The notes below the pieces were generated by a model that saw nothing but the letters and a program-made list of their open reading frames with translations, was not told where the DNA came from and did no database searches. Shown in pieces: positions 27,371 through 38,741 of a stretch of 64,000 bases of DNA. A program made the position numbers and the translations under genes. The stretch comes from Mobula hypostoma. Its lineage: Eukaryota. The stretch spans positions 208,384,001-208,448,000 of the forward strand of contig NC_086097.1 in the NCBI RefSeq assembly GCF_963921235.1. Reading direction: 5' to 3'. The first letter of the stretch is position 1; the number at the start of each line of letters is the position of its first letter.

Positions 27371-29216
27371 GTTATTAAAAAATTATTTATTTTACTTGGA
27401 GATACAGCATGCTAACAGGCCCTTCTGACCCAATGAAACCACATCCCTGTTACCAACGTGGTAACGTTGGAATGTGGAAGGAAACTGAGCACCCGGAGGA
27501 AACCCAGTGATCAAAGGAAGAAAATACAATTCCTTAAAGGCAATGGTGGAACCCAGGTTGTTGGTGCTGCCATAGCGTTTTGCTAACCACTATATTACCA
27601 TGCTGCGTAGATTTTTCAATTCATCCTATTAATGTGGACACTCTCACATTTCCTCTCAAACTACATCTGCCTAATTTCAACATATTTTTGCTTACTCGAT
27701 TAACCTCAGCCATCTCTTGGAACTCCTAAATGTCTTTAAGAGGACCTAGTCTCTCTCTAGCCACCAGGTTACTGTTAATGCAACTGAAGAAACTCTTCGG
27801 ATTATCGTTAAACCTACTTGCCAAATCTCATACCCTCTTCTTGACCTCCTGATTTCCTGCTTAACCCTGCCCTCTCATATTCATCAAGGGATTCATTTAG
27901 AGTTCAATGACATGGTATATCTATTCTTCACCCCAACAGGAACATGCTGTAGCCCCAGACTCTTGATATGACCTTTTCAAAAGTCTCCCACTTGCCAATT
28001 GTTCTAATGCTTTAAAATAGGGGCACCCCGTCGACCCCAGCAAGATGATGCCTAATACTCTCAAAGCTGGCCCTGCTCCAATTCAGAACTAATCCATGAA
28101 CTTGTTCTATCCTTTTCCATAACATTTTAAAATTCATTGAATTATGGTCACTGGATCCAAAGTGTTCCCCAAATGTCACTTCAGTTACTTGGACTGTCTC
28201 ATTCCGAGAGGAGGTCCAGTATTGCTCGTAGGTTCCTCTACATAATATTGCAAGAGGAACCTGTCTTGGATGCACTGCACAAATTCCACCCATCCCAGCC
28301 TTTGCACTCAAAATCCCCCAACTAGCACTAATCTGCTATTCTCAGAGCGATGTGCAATATCTCAACACATCTGCTCCGCCAGTTCCTGTTGACTATTCGT
28401 GACCATCCCCTTCTTATTTACATGATCCCTCAAGGATATTCTTTAAACAGTGTTATAATCTCCCTTACCAAAACAATAGCAACAGTCACTTCATTACTAT
28501 CTGTTACTTTGTTACACCAACCTGTTTCAGTGGCAGTACTTGTGTATTCCAGTCAAGCCTTATACTTGAAGGTGCAAAACCTCAAAAGGAAATTCTGAAC
28601 AATACTGAAGGAATCTCATTGTCATTAATGTATGGTTTTCATGTGTACAGATCTCTGTGCACTTCAATCCTCTCTGAAGAGCACTGCAGGGCACCCCTGA
28701 TCAGTTCAAGCAAAGGAACTTCAATTTGAAAACTCAAAAGGTTCTTAGATATGCATACAGTTTTGCCAAGCCAAAAGGAGAGAATATTTCCCCCACCCCA
28801 CCCCCAAGAAAAATACTGTACAACCTAACAAACATCCAATGATATCATGTTCACAAACCACCTCAATGCTCAGGGAGTGATACTGCAGTGCAAAAGTAGC
28901 CGTGGGTTTACATGGAGAGCCCCCTCCCCACCCCCTGGTGTCACACATGGAAAACAGTACACTGTAATATCTATCACCCATTACCTAAAATTATACAGAA
29001 ATAGAAACTCCAGGTGATAGTGACCTGCAAACCAGTGCTGGTACAAGCGTGTGAAAGGAGAAGGTCCTGGCCATCACTGGATCAGAAAATCTTATCCTCC
29101 AAATACATTCTGATAGCCAGGTGTAATACTGTGCCTTCTGCTATAGAATAGGGAGGATAACATCTGCTTCTCACAGCCTTTTTCAGGGAAATCATTCTTG
29201 CTGTGAGCTCCTGGAT

Positions 29217-30058
29217 CACTGCAAAAGAACCTTTTTACCCTGTACAGAGGTAAATACTTGCTAACTACTGACCTCATCTACACAAAATACTACTAGTCTT
29301 TGGTTCCCTTGTATGAAGAATAAGGACCTGCCACTGACTTGCTGCAGACGTCTGGCGTGTCACTAGAGCAGAGAGACAGTACCCCATTTTGGCCCACACA
29401 AACACTTCTTTAAATTTTCCATTAGAACCACACTGTAGTCAACAGTGACTTTTATTATTTGTTCCCAAATCATTGAGAAAATGGTGATGAGTCACTTCCT
29501 TGAACACAACAGTTTATGTGGTGAAGGTAGACTATGCTGATGTGTAAAGTGCTACATGTAATGGGCTCCACTTTGAAATTCTGTTTATTTGATTTGTATG
29601 GGTTCTACAGTTGCATAATGCCAGTAGTTTCAAATATTCTTCAAATGTACCAAAATGAGCACTTGTAGGAATTGCAGAACAGGTAAACAAGCGGTATTGC
29701 CATTACATAGAGAGTATCAGGATTTAGACTCAGCAATGGCAATGTATTACCAAGTTGAGAGAGCTGGAACTTGGCAGTGAGGTGATGCAGGCAAGTCGAC
29801 TGCTTTTGTTCTAGGTGGTTGGGACTACAAATGGGGAGATGCTTGTAAGAGGTAACCTTGGCATGTGATTGCACTGTACTTTGTACAGTGCCTCTACTTT
29901 GTCTCTACTCTAGTGACATGCCAAGAATCTGCAGCAAGTCAGTGGCAGGTCCATAGTCTTCATACAAGGGAACCAAAAACTAGTGGTATTTTGTACAGAT
30001 GAGGTCAGTAGTTAGCAAGTATTTACCTCTGTGCAAGGTAAAAAGGTTATTCACAGTG
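29217..30058. repeat. Inverted repeat of about 160 bp (29217-29378 / 29900-30058) with a spacer of about 520 bp
   Basis: For example, CAGAGGTAAATACTTGCTAACTACTGACCTCATCT has its exact reverse complement at about 29997-30031. Confidence 0.9.
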
Positions 30059-30719
30059 CACCAGTCTGCTGGTGATGGTCTTGAATGTTTAGTGGTTAGT
30101 GGATAGTGGATAGGGTGTCAATCCAGTAGGCTGCTTTGTTCCTAACTTACGTTTTTTGGGCGGATCTGCATTCCATCTGTGCAATTGGTGAATAGTCCAG
30201 CATGATCACTTACTATATTTTGGAGATTATGGAATGCATCTGAATTGCATGCATTTAATTTCATAGAAAAGCCTTTATTTTTATGTGGACAACGCATATT
30301 CAACACACTTCATGTATGTACACTGGTCATGCACAACACAGTGAGACCTTAATGCAGATGAGTCACTGCCGGATATTTTTGTGATACCATGGTAACCCGG
30401 CACTGCAAATTCTAAACCAGGACACCAAGATCTGACAGCACTACAGTCAGTAGTGAGATCCCCAAGTGAATCTCCAGGCAACTGGGTCCTTAACAGCGTC
30501 TCCTCATCACCTCTGCCTTGCAGAAGGAACAGCTGTGTTCAACTATTGCAAATACTTTCAATGTGTGCTATTATTTACTGCTGGTAAACGATTAGTTTCC
30601 ACCACAAAACAGTGACATTGCACTTAAAAGAAAAAAAAAGCTTAACCTTCCCCATGTCACTGTTTCCTAATTACCACAGCAAAACACCTGTTTAACTGTT
30701 CTGCAACTTTTACAGATGA

Positions 30720-31500
30720 TCGGGCCTAGTCGTTTTGGTAGATTGTACATACGAAAAACACGTGGAAATCGTGGCATTTTGCAGCTGTAAAATACACGCA
30801 AATTAAAGGAGCCGCACTTCAAAATGCCGTTCGTTAGATTTAGCGCCATCCACCCGTAAGCTCAGAACTTCTACGTTGTATGACTCGGGAGCGACACAGT
30901 TGTGAGCTGAGGATCTGTCGTTGCTGCACTACACCGTTCACCAGGCTCGGAGCTCTCCGGTGACTACCGCCACGAAGATGCGTGGCACCCTGGATGCTAG
31001 ACTGGAAAAAGATGAGCGCAGGGCCCCAGGCTGTTCCGCCGGGTCCAGAATGTTCGGCAGGTTGTATGAGGGGAGGGCGGGGAAGGGAGGGGAGAGGCGG
31101 GGCGGGACGGGGCGGGACGGGATGTGCGCCGGCCGGCCGGCCGGCCACTGGAGCGTTCGGCTGCTTGTGAGTGAGGCGCGCGTTAGGCCCGGCTTTTCTT
31201 GACAGTTAAATGGCCTCAAACAACTTACCGTGTTCTTTTTCGACACCATTTTGTCTATCTTTTTTGCAATTCGGACAATATCATCTTCCTCTTTTTTACT
31301 CATCACGCTCGTTCGTTTGCAACCAACAGAAATAAGTGTTTTAGCAACAAATTCTCCCCCAACTCCTCTGAGCCGCAACCACAGGCGCCAACCTCTCGCA
31401 TACAGAAAGCCCAAAGTAATGGAACGGCCATCATGTAAATAAAGGAAATGATCTGAACAGCCGCGACTAATCAATACATATAAATACCCGGAGTCGTCGA
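30720..31500. promoter_or_regulatory. CpG-island-like promoter/first-exon region of TCEA1 with GC boxes
   Basis: CpG is locally abundant against a CpG-poor background. GGGCGG repeats lie at about 31075-31120, next to exon 1. Confidence 0.75.
31229..31303 (-). CDS. TCEA1: TCEA1 (transcription elongation factor TFIIS) coding exon 1
   Basis: Translates to MSKKEEDDIVRIAKKIDKMVSKKNT, matching the TFIIS N-terminus. It is followed by a GTAAGT donor and lies in a CpG-rich region. Confidence 0.93.
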
Positions 31501-31917
31501 ATATTAAGTATTTACAGATTTTCCTATTAATTAATTGCTATTTTTATGAGTAACTTACAATTGGCGTACCTTTCGGACATTATTTTTGTTCGTAAGAGAT
31601 TGGAGCCTGGAGGAAGGAAATTCACGGCTACGCTATAATGTTTCTAACGCTTCCCTATGAATGCATAGGATACTAGCCATATCATACAGGATAATTATAC
31701 CAAACGAGTCTCAATAAGCTTTTTTTTATGTTATTATTTTGATAGCGCAAGTTTAACATCTCGCTAACATGAAACTTGAAGCAAATCTTAGTCCTCGACA
31801 TATTTTATGCTGGCGTTTTAAAAGTTGCTACACGTACATTAATAGCGTTTAAAAACGTGTTTGTAACTTTAAATTTTGAAAAGTAGTAAACTTCTAGAAT
31901 TGTATACAAGGGATAAA

Positions 31918-32272
31918 TATGATGGTATTGGATTTGCTGACCGCGAAGGTTCTAAACTCAAAGATCTTTTGCCCTATCATATATAAATAGCCAACACTAC
32001 TTCACAAAGGGGAGATAATACTAAACTACCCAATCTTCAAAGACTATTTTAAAATGCAGTTCAACACACAAAATGCTGGAGGAACTCAGTAGGCCAGGCA
32101 GCATCTATGGCAGAGTATATTTGACGATTGGGGCTGAGACCCTTCATCAGAGTCCAGCATTTTGTATGTTGCTTGGATTTCCAGCATCTGCAGATTTTCT
32201 CTTGTTTGTTTTTAAATTATAGTTCATTTATTTACAGTGATATGCATTTGAATCACACATTCTTAAAATACA
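31918..32272 (-). repeat. 3' LTR remnant (U5/R end) of the foamy-like ERV, split by a Penelope-derived insert at about 32063-32206
   Basis: 31918-32062 aligns by eye with 60689-60827 (ATGGTATTGG..CTGACC..GAAGGTTCT.AACTCAA..GGGAGATAATACT..CCCAATCTTCAAAGACTA). 32209-32272 aligns with 63780-63845. Confidence 0.7.
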
Positions 32273-32874
32273 AAATATTCTGAGTTTTAAATGTATCTTA
32301 AACATTTATTTCCCAACTACAAACCATTTCTAAAACAAAGGTATTTCTTAAACTCAAAATGGTTTCCAAAACACAGGTACAATTCCTATCAATTAAGAAG
32401 TCTTGCCATGATGTAGATGAGCAAGTTGTCTAGTGCAGAAACTGAAGATGGAGGAATGAATTCTATTCATTTTGTCTTCCTTTCTTCTTGATGTTATTTA
32501 GCCACTCCTAATAAGCCTGAACTGTCTCTACATTTATACCCTTTTTCTACTGGTTGGGTGACTTTAAATGCATACGATACTTCCTCAGGTGTCTCTTCAA
32601 CATGAACAGTCTAAAAGCGTTTTGGAGATATAGTTCTTCAGCTACCTACAGTTGATGTTGTAAAGCTATGAAGCTAACTTCCTTGAGCACACATAACCTT
32701 CCAACAGCAAACACATAGTTATTGATAAATATGAGAAAGTCTGCAGAACCTGGAAATTCAAAGCAACATGCACAAAATGTTAGAGCAATTCAGGTCAGGC
32801 AGCATCTATGGAATTGAATAGGTAGTTGACATTTCTGGCAAAGAAGGGTTTTGGCCCAAAACATTGATTATCTA

Positions 32875-33870
32875 AGAATTGGAATAAGGTTTATTATCAG
32901 TGGCATGTGTTGTAAAATTTGTTAACTTAGCAGCAGCATCACAATGTAATACATGGTAATATAGGAAGAAAAATTAACTAAGTAAATCAATTACAATATT
33001 ACATATGTATATTAAAATAGTGTAAAAGAGAAATGTGTATATGTATGTATATATTTTCATATTCATTCATGGCTTCAATGTCCATTTAGGAATTGGATGG
33101 CAGAGGGGAAGAAGCTGTTCCTGAATTGCTAAGTGTGTGTCTTCAGGCTCCTATATCTCCTACCTGATGCTAAGAATGAGAAGAGGGCATGTCCTGGGTG
33201 ATGAGTGTTGATAATAACGGGCACCGCCTTTCTGAGGCACCACTCCTTGAAGATAACTTGGATACTACAGAGGCTAGTACCCGAGATGGAGCTGACTAAT
33301 TTTACAACTTTTTGTAGTTTTCAATCCTGTGCAGTAGCCCCCACCCATACCAGACAGTGATGCAGCCTGTCAGAATTCTGTCCACAGTACATCTCTAGAA
33401 TCTCTTCAAACTCCTAATGACATGTAGCTGCTGTCTTGCCTTATTTATAGCTATGTTGGGACCTGGTTAAATCCTCAGAGATCTTGACACCAAGGAACTT
33501 CAAATTGCTCATTCTCTCCACTTCTGATCCCTCTGAGGATTAGTTTGTGCTCCCTTGCCTTACCTTTTCTGGTCCACAATCAGCTCTTTCATATTACTGA
33601 CATTGAGTGTGAGGTTGTTGTTGCAACATCACTCAACTAGCTGGTACATCTGGCTCCTGTACGCCCTCATCTCCATCTGAGATTCTACCAACAATGCTTG
33701 TATCATCAGCAAAGTTATAGATGGCATTTGAGCGATACCTAGCCACATGTCTTGGGTATAGAGGGGATAAAGCGATGGGCTAAGCACACACCCCCTGAGG
33801 TGTGCCAGATATTACCACCAATCCGCACAGATTGTAGTCTTCCAGTTAGAGAGTCGAGGATCCAATTGCA
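32875..33870 (-). mobile_element. Rex/Babar LINE fragment inside a Penelope pLTR remnant
   Basis: Homologous to 57480-58080 and contains CNWILDSLTGR. Confidence 0.75.
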
Positions 33871-34212
33871 GGGGGAGTTATTCATTTCCATAGATGCTGC
33901 CTGACCTGTTGAGTTCCTCAAGAATTTTTGTGTGTTGATATATATTTATTGATACACTAAATAATATTATCCATCTGTCTGCAGGCTTCCTTTAACCAAG
34001 CAACTTGAGAGTTAGCTTGTCTTAAACAATCCAAGTTAGCCAACCCATTGTCTTGTACGTCATCTTGAGCAGTAATGAAGCAAATGAAGACTATTTGTTT
34101 TAACTTCAAGGTGACTCATGCTTGCCATTACATTTCAAGAACTGAAGATTGACTTTCCTTTACTACTAAAGTCAAACAACTGTTAGCTGGAAATTTACTT
34201 GCATCTGTTTGA

Positions 34213-35630
34213 CCATAAGATATAGGAGCAGAATAAGGCCATTTGACCCATTGAATCTGCTCTACCATTTTATCATGGCTGATCCAATTTTCCTCTCAGC
34301 CCCACGCTCCTGCTTTCTCCCTGTATCCCTTTGTGCCCTGACCAATCAAGAATCTGTCAACCTCTGACTTAAATATACATAAAGACTTGGCCTCTACAGC
34401 TGCCTGTGGTAAAGAATTCCACAGATTCACCTCTCTCTGGCTAAACAAATTGCTCCTCATCTGATCTAAAAGGACACGCCTCTATTCTGAAGCTGTGTCC
34501 TCTGGTCTTAGACACTCCCACCATAGGAAACACCCTCTCTATATCCGCTCTATTAAGTCTTTGCACATTTCAATAGTGTTCTCATAATCTAAAAAAAACC
34601 TCAGTCCTCATTTATTGTCATTTAGAAATGCATGCATGCATTAAGAAATCATACTATATTCCTCCAGAGTGATATCACAGAAAAACAGGACAAACCAAAG
34701 ACTAACACTGACAGAAACATATAATTATAACATGTAGTTACAGCAGTGCAAAACAATACCATAATTTGAAGAACAGACCATGGGCATGGTTAAAAAAAAA
34801 AGTCTCTCGTAGGAGAGGAGCAGAGTTAATGACACTAATGGTCTTATCTAAGGTATAATAGCCCATTTTTAAAAAAATTTTCTTTTAGTTGGTTTATATT
34901 TTTTCTTTTGGGTTATATTTTTCATTTTTCATATTTTTGTATTTTCATTTTATATTTTCCTATATTTGTACTTTGAGATTTTGGGAGGCTCATTAATTAT
35001 GTGTTAATTGAGTTTATACTTGTATAAACTAATTATCAATAATGTAATTCCAATTGCTGTTATCTATTTTCTGTAATGTTTGATGCTGAAATTAATAAAA
35101 AGATGGAAAAGGAAAAAAAAAAGTCTCAAGCCCCGAGTTGATCGACTCCCGAGTCCCTGACAGCAGGTAGCAAAGGGAGAAACTCCCTGCCATAAACCTC
35201 CAGGCACCGACAACTGCCGATGCATTGGAAGCACCCGACCACAGTTGACACTGAGTCCGTCTGTCCGAAAACTTTGAGCCTCCATCCAGCCCCTCCAATA
35301 CAGCCTCCTGAGCGCTATCCTCTGCCGAGCGCCTTCAACCTCGCCCGGTCGCTGAAACAAGCAAAGGTGAGGATTCAGGGCCGCCTTCTCTGGAGATTCT
35401 GGACCACACAGTAACAGCGGCAGCGAAGCAGGCATTGCAGAAGAAATAAAGGTTTCAATGAGATCATCCCTCATTCTTCTGAATTCTATTGAATACAAGT
35501 CCAGAGCCACCAAATGCTCTTCATGTGACAAGCCATTCATTTTGGTGAACCTTATTTGAACCCTCTTTGGTTTTAGCACATCCTCGCTTATATAAGGGAT
35601 GCTAAACTGCTCTCAATACTCTAAGTGTGC
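34213..35630 (-). mobile_element. CR1 3' fragment with nested LINE 3' tails (about 34590-35445)
   Basis: CR1 homology on both sides (IEFRRMRDDLIETF) flanks intervening unrelated repeat tails. Confidence 0.65.
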
Positions 35631-36374
35631 AGATGCTGTATTTAGAAAGCAAGATTAGCAAACAAGCTAGTGGCCAAGAAGTGAATATCTACCTTCCCCA
35701 CCCACCCACTCCCAGATGAATAAAGATTTTACAACCAACTTCTTCCTACTGAAATCAGCTTTAAGACAAAGACTCCTCTCGGGACAAGTGTTCCTTTATC
35801 TGTTCCAGTGTTAAAAAAGGTGATCTTTGCTCTCTCCAATCTGCTGCTCAAAAGCACTGTATGATTTTCCTCTTCCTCAGTGTTCATTTCCTCAGTCACA
35901 ACTCACTTCCCACATCTCAAAGGAATGTCACCATTATAATTGCCATAATCATGTAACGACAAAGCACCAAGGTCCATATTATAAGTCAATATTAGTCTAT
36001 CTTTAAAACCTTACCCACGAATTGGTCTTGCCATTTACTTGATGCAAATTCAAATCACTGTCTCTGTCACCATTAGTTCATCAGGTCAGCTCACAATGTC
36101 TTTCAATAAGCTGAAGATAGTTCATCTCTTTCACAGGGGTGATTGCATTACTTTTGATATGCTACATAACTTTACTAAGATTTCATGAAAATAAGTCTCA
36201 TAAACAAGTGTATTGCTGTCTTCTTTTGCCCAAAGATTAGTAATCTCACATTTTACAGAGAAAATAATATCCATTAGTTACATTATTTCACAATATATAT
36301 TCAAAAATAATAAACACTTACAAAAGTAAGGAAGAGTACAGTTCTGCTGCTGAAAATTCTGTCTGTACTTTTAA

Positions 36375-37151
36375 TTGGAGTCTGGATTACTAGAACTAAG
36401 AAAGTTTTATTAAAGAAACAAGCAACACAGTACTCTAATCAAAAGGATAATGAATGCAACAGTTCAGCAATGATAAACATACATGTACACAGAGTTAAGA
36501 TAACAGGATCAGTCAAGCTCTATCGTTGTCTAGGGGTAAATGACCAGTTTCAAAGTGACGCAAAGTTCAGTTCAATTTAGTTCAGTTCAGTTCGCAGTAA
36601 TCGCTGCCGTGGCGATGGACAGTGGGGGGAAGGAGAGAGAGAGCAAAACGAATGAATATTCAAAACGACTTCCACACAGACCTTCGCAGTCAGCTTTCGG
36701 GCGAGTCCTTTGTGATATCATCTGAGGTCACCGACCGTGACCCCTCCGTTTCCAGATACGAATCGTTTCCCTGCGGTGAACCTGGCACCCAGGCAAGGGT
36801 GGACACACACCAGGTTCCCGCCGATCGTGCCTTTCAAAACTTCCCACTGACTTGTGAGAGACGCACCGCTTCCAGGGTCTCGTTACCTCGGGTGTCGTGT
36901 GTCCTGCCTTAGCGAACCTGTCCCTTTTTATCCCCCTGCTGGGGTATCGCCTGTCCATCACTTCAAACAGTTCAGGGTTCAAAGGGGGAGCCGCTCTTGA
37001 CAGCTCTCCTTCCTTCATTAACATCTCCAAATGCTGCTCCATTGTTTTCCTTATCTCTCTCTCTCCTGAAGACAGATGGCAGACCAACTGCTGATTCCAC
37101 TGGTGCCAGCCCAGGCCAGCTACATCTTAATCTATGTGTATTCTTGTCACA
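36375..37151 (-). repeat. Gypsy 3' LTR, with the outer ~52 bp missing
   Basis: It matches 44988-45764 with only scattered substitutions. Confidence 0.93.
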
Positions 37152-37259
37152 CTTACCCCCTTTAAGGATTTTTACCGGGGGTAAAAATTACAAACATGAA
37201 TACATTATTTGATACACACAAATATACATCTTTATCAGCTATTTGGCTAATACAGCGAG

Positions 37260-38496
37260 TTTGAAGTTGTCAACACCTGACAGACAGTCAGCCATCACAT
37301 TTTCTGTTCCTTTTATATGAGTTATTAATAATCCCTTAGACCAGGCTCCAACTTAGCAAACTTCATAGTGGCCAAAAACACTGATGAATTGCGATCAATG
37401 TAACCTCTCATTTGGTTTTGTCCCGGACCACAATAACAAGGGTCGTCCCATTCCGACTTAGTTTTCTCTCGCAAGGGCTTAGTAGGAGGGGGAGGGGTAG
37501 TGACCGCAGAGTTATTGCAAAACTTCCTACAGTACCTCACCATCTCCAAGAGCCTTCTGAGGGCCCTCTTGTCTGTCGGGGTTGGGAGGTCAGTGATAGC
37601 CTGCACTGTAGCTTGCATTGCTGCCAGCTGCCCGTGTCACCACAATTGCCAGGTAAGTGACCTTCGTGTGGCCGAACTCATTTTTTTCAAGGTTCACGAT
37701 CAAGCTGGCTTCAGACAGCTGTATTAAATTGCCAGTACACACCTCTGTGTTCGTCAGCCCTTTAGTCACTGAATTACTCATTCTATATGAATATTGCTCG
37801 CTAGGCTAACCTATTGTAACAAGCACCACCCAACGTCCCAATTCTTTGCATCGCCTCAGGACAATCAAACACACGTGTGTGAGTCGTTTAATTACTTCTC
37901 CTAAAGAGTCGCTTTGTTCGGGGATTAAGGGAGAGACTTTATCAGCAGAGCTGGCCAAAACAATAGCCTTCTCCCATCTGGTCGATACCATACTCAACTT
38001 TTCAAAATGTTTTTTTTCTCTTATCAGGGGGACCCTAGCTTCATTGATTTCCGCGCTAACACCGACTAGGTTTGTTAGCATATCAAAAGCCTGTGACCGT
38101 CTCAGTTCGCGTCGGTCATAATCAATAACATCCTTCCTCCGGTGCAGCCAGTAAACCTCTTTCATGATTCCACCAACTGTTTCCTCCAGCACCGCAAAAT
38201 GTCCACCGGGGGGTACCTTGTGGGCCAGGTTAAAAACCTCATCCCCATAACTCTTTTGCACCACCCCCCATTCCTCATCTGCGGGCATGGTACTTGGTCT
38301 CCCTTTCTTCCTTAGCACTTCCTCCTCCACCAAAACCATCAGCCCCTCGTCTCGCTCCTGCACCTGCACAAATTCCTTCCTGGCTAATGCTAAGTCTGTC
38401 TCAGCTCCCTCACTACCTCTTGTTTCACTACACTCCTTCTTTTCACTTTCTACCCCCTTCTCGTACAAGGCTGGCAGAAACGTCTCAGCTAAATTT
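37260..38496 (-). pseudogene. Condensed Gypsy pol remnants (IN zinc-binding region, RT and RNase H scraps)
   Basis: Fragments read LAHKVPPGGHF (IN N-terminus), IVNLEKNEFGHTKVTYL, PTPTDKRALRRLLEMVRYCRKF (RT thumb) and HIKGTENVMADCLS (RNase H end). Confidence 0.75.
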
Positions 38497-38619
38497 CTGT
38501 CTGTCTGTTTTACGGCGGTTGGCATCCAGCTTAATGGTGCATTACCGCCACCCTCTGGTCCAGAATGTGCACGAGACATACATTCTAAATCCTTTCACCC
38601 AATCGCGCGCGCGTGCGCG

Positions 38620-38621
<2 letters not shown>

Positions 38622-38678
<57 letters not shown>
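38622..38678. repeat. (CA)n microsatellite in the LINE 3' UTR, preceded by a short CG run
   Basis: Seen directly in the sequence. Confidence 0.95.
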
Positions 38679-38680
<2 letters not shown>

Positions 38681-38741
38681 ACAATCCTACACTTCACCCT
38701 CCCATCTTTGACCATCCTAGTATCCTATTCCTGTTTATTCG

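Noticed and set aside
30938..31474. 178-aa ORF as a stand-alone gene
   Set aside because: It is TCEA1 exon 1 read through the UTR and a GC-rich intron.
36540..37212. Duplicated short ORFs (also at 45153-45792)
   Set aside because: They lie within the two Gypsy LTRs and have no coding signature.
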